From an uncultured virus (IMG/VR IMGVR_UViG_3300037488_003672) (lineage: Duplodnaviria > Heunggongvirae > Uroviricota > Caudoviricetes), in the IMG/VR virus record IMGVR_UViG_3300037488_003672: DNA of 57,250 nt; one strand, given 5' to 3'. Both the position numbers and the translations under genes were made by a program. How positions within the stretch are numbered: position 1 is the first letter of the stretch; each line of letters starts with the position of its first letter. This document shows positions 50,338-57,250 of this stretch, piece by piece. The notes under the pieces were generated by a model. That model was given only the letters and a program-made list of their open reading frames with translations. It did not search any database and had not been told where the DNA came from.

Positions 50338-50703
50338 TTAAAAAAGAAGAAGATCTCTATCTTTGTTTCTTAAATAAATGCTTTCTTTACGACCTTTTTT
50401 ATATGCCGATTCAATTGATGCGGGATCAATTACTCTATATGTGTACTTGGTGTATTTTGAAATATATCCAAGCTTTAAAAAAATAGTCAGCCAAAATGAT
50501 AGTTCACGATTGTATCGCAACAAATAAAGCGATTCCTTTTGGGTTTCATTTTTATTCCCTCGAATTGAGAGAAACGCCATTTTCAGTTTTTTTAGTCGGA
50601 AGTATGGAGATTCGACAATCGTTTTAATACTAAAATCTAAAAAAGCACTTCGAATTGATTTTGTTCGGAGTTCTTCGGATGAAATTTGATCTACGTCAAT
50701 CAT
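50338..50703 (-). CDS. Basic hypothetical protein, possible winged helix
   Basis: Helix followed by LGYISKYTKYTYRV hairpin. Confidence 0.55.
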   Translation of the reverse strand: MIDVDQISSEELRTKSIRSAFLDFSIKTIVESPYFRLKKLKMAFLSIRGNKNETQKESLYLLRYNRELSFWLTIFLKLGYISKYTKYTYRVIDPASIESAYKKGRKESIYLRNKDRDLLLF

Positions 50704-50744
50704 AATATTATCATATATCTTTTAGCGATAAAAGCATAAAAATG

Positions 50745-51152
50745 TTAGCACTTATGATTGATAATATTATTTTTTATTTCTTCACGTGATTTTTTATTTT
50801 TTAGATTTATACTAAATTCCAAAGTTGGAAAAAGGCGAATGGGAGGTCTTCCTTTAGCATTTTTTTTATAAATTCTTCGAATAACAATTATATTCTTTTT
50901 CTCTAAATCAAAAAAATACGGATATAACGAATTTCGTTTTAAATTCATCTGACCTCCTAACTCTGTGAGATTAAAGCCATTTTGCTCAAATTTATTGACG
51001 TATTCAACCTTCTCTGCATTTTCCACAATATTTAAAAGAATACGTAAGGTAGGATACAATAACGCCGATATTTCTTTTTGAAAATACAACGAATTTATGC
51101 TTTTTTGCTCTTCTTGAATAGCATTTTGAATGGGAACATTGATGTTTTCCAT
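50745..51152 (-). CDS. Winged helix-turn-helix transcription regulator (TrmB/ArsR-like)
   Basis: LTELGGQMNLKRNSLYPYFFDLEKKNII...KGRPP. Confidence 0.7.
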   Translation of the reverse strand: MENINVPIQNAIQEEQKSINSLYFQKEISALLYPTLRILLNIVENAEKVEYVNKFEQNGFNLTELGGQMNLKRNSLYPYFFDLEKKNIIVIRRIYKKNAKGRPPIRLFPTLEFSINLKNKKSREEIKNNIINHKC

Positions 51153-51351
51153 GTGTGATCAAATTGTGTCGGTTATTTAAAGTTTATTTATTGTGCTTTT
51201 TAAATTAAATAACTCATTGTAAATTTCAAGACAAATCTTATTCACGTGAAATTATACTTTTTTACGATAATTTTTCAGATTCAAAAGATATGAAACTCAC
51301 TTTAATATTATTTTAGTTATGTTTAAATAGTCTTTGTTTATAAAAATACAT

Positions 51352-51507
51352 ATGGAAAACGATTATTGGTATAATTCAAAACGAAAAAGAAATTCTCCTT
51401 CATATTCATCCTCATTTAATTCTAATAATGAAAATTCTTCAAACACATTAGATAAATTCATAAAAACCGAGAAAAAAAAGATAACCAAATTTGTGTTTGC
51501 TAATTAA
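51352..51507 (+). CDS. Small disordered protein (51 aa, not in track)
   Basis: MENDYWY...NTLDKFIK...KFVFAN*; TATA at 51322. Confidence 0.4.
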   Translation: MENDYWYNSKRKRNSPSYSSSFNSNNENSSNTLDKFIKTEKKKITKFVFAN

Positions 51508-52187
51508 AGATTTTTTTCTTCTAATTCTTTTGAATAATATGCTATCTCTAAATTTCTCAAAGATTTTATCTCGGTCTCATATTTTTGAACTGCTTTTTGA
51601 GTAATCATTCTTCTTTGTTTATTATTTTTAGTTGTTAGCAATCCTTCTTTTTCCATCCTTTCAATTAACATATTAAATTCGGGATTTTGATCTACCCTTA
51701 AATCTAATGCAAGTTCTCTGTTATCTCGTCTAATCCAATGTTCTTTATCTCCCTTATGAAAATTTACAATGAAAGAAAGAATTATTTCTTTTTCAAGATT
51801 TTTGTCTTTAATTAAAAATTGTTTTAACTCATTTCGTAATATTTCAACTTCTTCTTGAATTAATTTCTTTAACTCTGACTTTTGGGTATTCATTTGCTCT
51901 GTAAATACAAATGTGGTCTCTTTCTGTTTATTACTGATTGATGTGATTAATACATTTCGAACGTCTTCCAATTCTCGTTTAATATTTACACGATTTCCTT
52001 CATTTTTGGGTTCCCTTTTCTTCTTCTTAATCTCTTCTTCTATTATTTCTTTCTCTTCTTCCTCTTCTTCTATTATTTCCTTCTCTTCTTCCTTTTCTTG
52101 TTTCTTAGAAGATTTCTTAACGTCTTCAATGATTATCGGAGTAAAGGATTCCCATGTATCGTCTTCTTTCTCGGTCATAATACTCAT
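51504..52187 (-). CDS. Acidic/coiled-coil protein with possible C-terminal winged helix
   Basis: EEEKEIIEEE x2; LIERMEKEGLL...RMITQKA. Confidence 0.65.
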   Translation of the reverse strand: MSIMTEKEDDTWESFTPIIIEDVKKSSKKQEKEEEKEIIEEEEEEKEIIEEEIKKKKREPKNEGNRVNIKRELEDVRNVLITSISNKQKETTFVFTEQMNTQKSELKKLIQEEVEILRNELKQFLIKDKNLEKEIILSFIVNFHKGDKEHWIRRDNRELALDLRVDQNPEFNMLIERMEKEGLLTTKNNKQRRMITQKAVQKYETEIKSLRNLEIAYYSKELEEKNL

Positions 52188-52188
52188 C

Positions 52189-52869
52189 TCATATCTTCTT
52201 CTTTGCTTCCATTATTACATTCTTCATCTTTGCCATCAATTCTACAAATTTTAATGCAATCGGTTTAATCTTCTCTATTTTAGTGTTTTGCAGTTCTGCA
52301 TTTGTTGTATTTAATTCTTTAAACACACCGAATAACTCTTTTGATAAAACAGTAAAAAAATCACTTATTGCTTCTTTCTTAATCAAGTTCTTTTCATCAT
52401 TTGAAAGAGAAGGCTTTCCCGTCTTTTGAATCTGTTCTTTTAATTCTATATTCTCATTCAAAACCTCTTGGTATAAACGAAAAACATCGCCTAATTGATT
52501 CGGCATATTTTTTTCATTTACTTCCAACTCTTGAACAAAACATTTTTCTTCATTTTTGGTCTTATCTGTGTAAAACGTGAAACATTGCTTAAAATCTCGT
52601 AATGCTACATCCGATTGAACTTCATATATTAGTCCACGTTTAAAAATAGTCTCTCTATTTCTTGTTAAAACTCGATGTGTCTTCTTCGGAAATAATTCTT
52701 TTCTAAAATCGATTCGCTCTTGGGGAGTCATTGTATCTTCATTTCGAACCGAAGATTCCTCACTTGATTTTCTAATTGATCGTAAAAGTGGATATTTTGA
52801 AACGTCATACATTTCATCGTAATTGAAAAAAACCAATTTTTTTACTTTAATCTTATTCATAAAAATCAT
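52189..52869 (-). CDS. Hypothetical protein
   Basis: 226-aa ORF, coupled to next gene. Confidence 0.7.
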   Translation of the reverse strand: MIFMNKIKVKKLVFFNYDEMYDVSKYPLLRSIRKSSEESSVRNEDTMTPQERIDFRKELFPKKTHRVLTRNRETIFKRGLIYEVQSDVALRDFKQCFTFYTDKTKNEEKCFVQELEVNEKNMPNQLGDVFRLYQEVLNENIELKEQIQKTGKPSLSNDEKNLIKKEAISDFFTVLSKELFGVFKELNTTNAELQNTKIEKIKPIALKFVELMAKMKNVIMEAKKKI

Positions 52870-53056
52870 TATATAATTATTTTTTTCCTTTTTAAAACTT
52901 GTTAATTAAAACAATTAAACGATAAAACATATTTTTATGTTATATCTCACGTGAAAACATAAAATAGAAAATCAACTAAAAAAAAATTTCACTTAATTAC
53001 ACTTATCTCTAATTGTTTTAAAATGATTATGTTTAAGAAAAAATAAAAAAATTAAA

Positions 53057-55396
53057 TTAATCGCTTTTACCTTTTGATTTTTTGGCTTTTGGTTTTGGTT
53101 TTTCTTCTTCTGGCTTTGGCTTTTCTTCTTTTAATGGTTCTGCTTCTTCAGATCCTAATGCAATTGGTTCTAACTCTTCTCCAACTAATTCATTGATGTC
53201 TTTTTTAGCACCTTTAATTCCTTGCTCAATAGTTTCATTTATTTTTTCAATCCCCTCTTGCATCACGTCATCTGTAATGTCTTTGACTTTTCCCCGTTCC
53301 GTTTTTTGCACTTCTAACGTACAACGCCTTCCAGAATCATTACACATTATGGTAAAATGTTCCATTAGATTAAAGAAAATTGGTCGAGTTATCAAAGGAT
53401 CTTTCTTCTTATTATCACTTAATTTCTCAAATTCACTTTTTGCGAGAACAAATTGATCTTCAAAAGCTTTAAAACTCTTTGAAAAATCTTTATTGATCTT
53501 AAGATAATCATCTCCATCTTTCCCCTTCATCGCTTTAATTTGTGTTTCAACTGATTTTAACGCATTAGTCCCATTCGTTTCAAACGAATTTAACATATTT
53601 GCTACTGCTTCTAAAACCAAATTAAATTTTGCAGATACTTTTTTATCCATAGATACTACTGATCCCGAAACTTTGAGGCTTTTTCCTAATTTTTCAACAA
53701 TGCCGACAATTAACTCTTTTAATTTTCGGAATTTCTCTGAAATAACTACAATTGTCGCTTCTACTTCGTCAGATTTAGTATTCGAATATTGCTCTCTCCA
53801 ATCTTTATGTGTTTCGAGAATTTCTTTGTACTTAGTTAAAATATTATTATATGTATTTGCTAAGAACGAAGAAATTGATGTTTTAAGCTGAACTTTGAGA
53901 AGAGCTTCACTTAATCTTTCATCTACCTTTTTTAGATCTGATTCGATTGAATTGTTGAAAATATTAATAATCTTTTGGGTAGTTGCTGGAGATGAATTAC
54001 TCACCAAATTTAAGATCGTGAAGGCAATATAGAAATAAGCATCCCAACCATAGTGCATTACTTTAGTATTATTTTCTTCTATTTCGTATTCGAAATTATC
54101 TGATGTTGGATTATGATTGCTATCATAATCGTCATTAATTCCATGACACAATAAACAACTGCGATATGATACAAAATATTTTAAAAACGAATCACCAACC
54201 TTCTTTTCAACGAACTCTTGCTTATATGGATGTGGGGAATACATATCGAAATATGCGTTTTGACTATTAACCCAATGATTATATTTTCGATTATATCTCA
54301 GTTCGTCAACTGCAAGATACCAATGAACTTTTATCATTTTCGATACTTTTACCATGTTTTCAACATGCTCGATACTTGCGGGAGAGTTTTTACTTCTTTC
54401 TTCTCGGATTTCAATTAATAACTCTTCTGCATTTAATAGATCTACAAGAAATTTAATTGTTTTATCACTCAAACTTAACCATAATCGCATTATGTCATCA
54501 AACCAATCACTATCAATCTCCAAATCTTTGATATAAGTTGTTGGAATATTGGATGTACCTAAAATGCTTTTTTGTTGAAGCATACAAGCATCCATAAAGT
54601 ATTTAATTTCCTTTTTAGAATTTGGCGTTAATTCTGACGAACTAATGAAAATTGGATCAATCACAATCTTCAAATATTGATAACGCATGAACATATTAAT
54701 CCCAGTAAAAGTATCCATAAATCTTTTATACAATGCTTCTTCAACGTCTTTCGTCTTTCCATCGGGAACCACATAAAATGAATCTTTAATGGAGAATCCC
54801 CCATTAACATAAAAGATTCTTTCAAATTCTTGACGAGATTTACCTAAGCGTCTTACTAAGACTTCTAATAAATCAATATCACATCTATATGTATAATTTA
54901 AATGAATCAAATTATGAAAATCAATTCCAATATCAATTAATTTTTTCTTAGCATTATCAAGATTATTCATTAACGAGACTAAATTAGGCGATTTTTGAGA
55001 TTTCGCAATGGTTAAAACTTTTTCTAAATTTTCAATGTTAGGAAGTTCAATTATTAAATCTGTAAATTTCTCCCATGCTTTCACTTTCCAATGTCCTTTT
55101 CCATACTTAGCTTCAGCTTCAGCTAATGTTGAAATGGCAAAAGTTCCAATATTTCCCCTTTTCCCTTTAACATTTTTAACTTCTCCAAACTCTAAAATCG
55201 TCTGATCCCATACTATCTCGAAATCTTCTTTCAATATATTTAATTTGGGGGCATATTGTCGTTTATTTTCGGAAGGCAAAGTATATGTAATTTCAGTAAT
55301 TTGACCTCCATAATTGTTTTGTTCTGATATTTTTTTCGTTACATTTTGTATTTGTATATCGGCAGTTTTCTTATTTGGCTTTACCAATTTTTTCAC
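53057..55396 (-). CDS. Large hypothetical protein with helical C-terminal half
   Basis: 779-aa ORF; family not recognised. Confidence 0.8.
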   Translation of the reverse strand: MKKLVKPNKKTADIQIQNVTKKISEQNNYGGQITEITYTLPSENKRQYAPKLNILKEDFEIVWDQTILEFGEVKNVKGKRGNIGTFAISTLAEAEAKYGKGHWKVKAWEKFTDLIIELPNIENLEKVLTIAKSQKSPNLVSLMNNLDNAKKKLIDIGIDFHNLIHLNYTYRCDIDLLEVLVRRLGKSRQEFERIFYVNGGFSIKDSFYVVPDGKTKDVEEALYKRFMDTFTGINMFMRYQYLKIVIDPIFISSSELTPNSKKEIKYFMDACMLQQKSILGTSNIPTTYIKDLEIDSDWFDDIMRLWLSLSDKTIKFLVDLLNAEELLIEIREERSKNSPASIEHVENMVKVSKMIKVHWYLAVDELRYNRKYNHWVNSQNAYFDMYSPHPYKQEFVEKKVGDSFLKYFVSYRSCLLCHGINDDYDSNHNPTSDNFEYEIEENNTKVMHYGWDAYFYIAFTILNLVSNSSPATTQKIINIFNNSIESDLKKVDERLSEALLKVQLKTSISSFLANTYNNILTKYKEILETHKDWREQYSNTKSDEVEATIVVISEKFRKLKELIVGIVEKLGKSLKVSGSVVSMDKKVSAKFNLVLEAVANMLNSFETNGTNALKSVETQIKAMKGKDGDDYLKINKDFSKSFKAFEDQFVLAKSEFEKLSDNKKKDPLITRPIFFNLMEHFTIMCNDSGRRCTLEVQKTERGKVKDITDDVMQEGIEKINETIEQGIKGAKKDINELVGEELEPIALGSEEAEPLKEEKPKPEEEKPKPKAKKSKGKSD

Positions 55397-55530
55397 CTAA
55401 AATTAATTACTAAATACCAATATAACTCACGTGAATTTAAATTTTTATATTTTTTTTGGCATAAAACAAAGAAAAAAATGATTTTCAGCCCAAGACTTTC
55501 AAAAACAATATTTTCACGTGAACACTTAAT

Positions 55531-56043
55531 TTAGAAATTACTCTTCTCTTTTTCATCTCGTTTTAAGCCATACTCGATTAAATTCATTAATTTAACTACA
55601 CCATTACATTCATTCTGAATCCGATATTTTCTTTGAGTATGCTCACCGATTGGAATCGCATGTTCTCTATGTGATAACGTATTAAATCTTTTTTCCAAAT
55701 TAATTAATTCCTTTTTCAAATCTTCAGATGTTCGTTTTCCCTTAAAAAAAAGGTACTTCTCATAATCCCGATCTTCCCCTTCTTTTCTTGACTTCAATAT
55801 TTTTTTCTTCTCACTTTCACGCTTTAGTTTAAATTTTTCAAAATAGACAAACAATTCATTGGGTTTATTCTGTTTTGCTAATTGCATCTCATATTTTAAA
55901 ATGTCCTTCGAACTCGGAATTAAATAATGCTTTGTATCTCTTTCTTCTAAAAATATTTCTACTTCATTAATTAGATCTTTAGGTTTTTTAGATTCTTTTA
56001 GAAACTTATCTAAATTATCTGAAGATTTAAACACAAATTTCAT
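55531..56043 (-). CDS. Hypothetical basic protein
   Basis: 170-aa ORF; DNLDKFL near N-terminus. Confidence 0.65.
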   Translation of the reverse strand: MKFVFKSSDNLDKFLKESKKPKDLINEVEIFLEERDTKHYLIPSSKDILKYEMQLAKQNKPNELFVYFEKFKLKRESEKKKILKSRKEGEDRDYEKYLFFKGKRTSEDLKKELINLEKRFNTLSHREHAIPIGEHTQRKYRIQNECNGVVKLMNLIEYGLKRDEKEKSNF

Positions 56044-56175
56044 ATTATTCCAATATACTCATTATATTCAATATTTATAAATTATATTATTCACGTGGTT
56101 TTATAATTTTTAATTGTTTTAAAAATATGAAAAAAGAAACCCATATTTACCTAAATTTATTCATGTTTAATTATC

Positions 56176-56886
56176 ATGGGATTATTTGGAAAAAATATCA
56201 GAGAAGGAATCGAAGAAGTTAATCTAACAAAATATACAATTGGATTAATGCTTTTAGAGAAAATTCCATTAATTAATAAAGACTATCTCAGTATTGATGT
56301 TTTTGATCTTACTGTAACAACGTTAAAAATACCCTCCAAAACAAAATACAAAACCGAAACCATAAAGGGTAAAAAAGTTCGAAAAACAATTATTACTCCC
56401 GACATTGTATTTTATCTACATTACGATAACGAAAATATCTCATTAACCGAATGTTTATTACCAAATCAATGTGTTATTGCTTCCAAAGCTGAGATTGTGG
56501 AGAATCAATCAGAAAAACGATCCGTTGACGGAACCGAATACTACATTAAAGTTGTTTTCAATTTAATTGTTTTTACACGAAGAAGTCTCATTCAAACAAC
56601 TCAAACTTATGAAGATTATCAAAATGAAATTACTCAAATTAAAAGTGTGCATAAAGAAGAATTAGACGAAATGAGAGAAAGTTATGAAGAACGAATGGAA
56701 AATCGACTTGTTCCTTATAAGAAAAATGAAGAAAACCTTCGAAAAAAGATTGAAGAACGAGATGAACAAATACTTGACTTAATTTCATCAATCCCTAATC
56801 GTATGAATGAAAAGATCTATAAACTCGTTCGCAAACTAAATAATACCGATGAAACCGATAAAGCCATAGAAAAATCCACAATTTAG
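56176..56886 (+). CDS. Protein with C-terminal coiled coil
   Basis: 236-aa ORF. Confidence 0.7.
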   Translation: MGLFGKNIREGIEEVNLTKYTIGLMLLEKIPLINKDYLSIDVFDLTVTTLKIPSKTKYKTETIKGKKVRKTIITPDIVFYLHYDNENISLTECLLPNQCVIASKAEIVENQSEKRSVDGTEYYIKVVFNLIVFTRRSLIQTTQTYEDYQNEITQIKSVHKEELDEMRESYEERMENRLVPYKKNEENLRKKIEERDEQILDLISSIPNRMNEKIYKLVRKLNNTDETDKAIEKSTI

Positions 56887-56898
56887 GAGTTCATTTAA

Positions 56899-57250
56899 AT
56901 GCCATCGACAAAAGAAATATTAGAAGCTTTAAAACAAAAAAGATTGCTTCAAAAAAACACAATTTCGGAAGAAGAATTAGAAAATAACATTAAAAAAGAA
57001 TTAGAATCAAACGAAGATGACAAAGAAAACGAATCGAACTTGGATACTGAAGATAAGGAATTGAACTTAGATAACGAAGATGAAGAAGAAAATGAGTTCG
57101 ATCATGATACTAATCTCGTTATAGAACCCAAGAAAGAAGCAATCGAACCCAAGAAAGAAGCAATCGAACCCAAGAAAGAAGCAATCGAACCCAAGAAAGA
57201 AGCAATCGAACCCAAGAAAGAAGCAATCGAACCCAAGAAAGAAGCAATCG
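56899..57250 (+). CDS. Partial acidic repeat protein (runs off window)
   Basis: AGGAG upstream; MPSTKEILEALK...(EPKKEAI)n, open to the window end. Confidence 0.7.
   Translation, partial: MPSTKEILEALKQKRLLQKNTISEEELENNIKKELESNEDDKENESNLDTEDKELNLDNEDEEENEFDHDTNLVIEPKKEAIEPKKEAIEPKKEAIEPKKEAIEPKKEAIEPKKEAI
57124..57250 (+). repeat. Perfect 21-bp tandem array, at least 6 units
   Basis: GAACCCAAGAAAGAAGCAATC x6, truncated by the window edge. Confidence 0.97.

Larger units (their letters stand above)
115..56097. repeat. Dispersed palindromic motif (T)TCACGTGA(A), about 39 copies
   Basis: CACGTG starts counted by eye at 117,749,1908,3810,4659,5196,5690,7023,9256,10341,11634,13973,15255,16446,18500,21627,23010,27647,28020,28930,29869,31452,32070,36066,38462,40187,42828,44753,45898,46385,47456,49008,50095,50783,51243,52948,55428,55515,56092; only about 5 lie well inside coding sequence. 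Confidence 0.97.

Noticed and set aside
53057..55396. Capsid, portal or replication-protein call for the 779-aa ORF
   Set aside because: No motif I can support; needs structure prediction
1591..55534. Short overlapping or antisense ORFs in the track (e.g. 1591, 1661, 2196, 6306, 12821, 18540, 22121, 33983, 41982, 42372, 51913, 53082)
   Set aside because: They overlap longer, better-supported genes and have shadow-frame composition
115..56097. Palindromes as a CRISPR array
   Set aside because: The repeat is only 8-12 bp, spacing ranges from about 90 bp to over 4 kb, whole genes lie between copies, and no cas genes are present
115..56097. Palindromes as canonical bacterial parS
   Set aside because: Only the inner 10-12 bp match; the outer TGT/ACA arms are not conserved, no ParB is in the window, and spacing tracks TATA boxes. 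Kept only as an analogy
1..57250. rRNA, tRNA, IS transposases, reverse transcriptase/DGR
   Set aside because: No GC-rich structured RNA blocks or relevant protein motifs seen; mismatches between repeat pairs are too few to suggest DGR mutagenesis
1..57250. Alternative genetic code
   Set aside because: Standard-code ORFs tile the window densely, and conserved enzymes are intact apart from the explained MTase split

Overview
Very AT-rich (roughly 26-28% GC by eye), gene-dense 57 kb segment. It has archaeal-type promoters (TTTAWATA about 28-30 nt before ATG, oligo-T ends) and no core housekeeping, rRNA, tRNA or CRISPR loci. Most ORFs are orphans. Recognisable products: a XerC/D-type tyrosine recombinase, five DNA methyltransferases (one fused to an Mrr-like nuclease domain, one Dam-like), an McrB/MoxR-type AAA+ NTPase next to an XPB-like helicase, HAD and alpha/beta hydrolases, a DedA protein and paired surface proteins. 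Less certain are TFB-like, histone-fold and longin-like proteins, which point to an Asgard (Lokiarchaeia-like) host. Best reading: part of a large archaeal mobile or extrachromosomal element, or a virus. The dominant unexplained signal is the palindrome (T)TCACGTGA(A). I counted 39 CACGTG copies (22 perfect TTCACGTGAA), almost all at gene boundaries, and in about 16 cases the site lies 46-49 nt upstream of a TATA box, which suggests an element-wide upstream promoter element or regulon. Also seen: a 24-bp direct repeat bracketing the MTase cluster, a nested MTase-in-MTase insertion with 71/56/16-bp repeats, PIP-box-like motifs on many proteins, a dispersed non-coding repeat and a perfect 21-bp coding tandem array. 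All protein calls come from motif recognition by eye; no database search was run.
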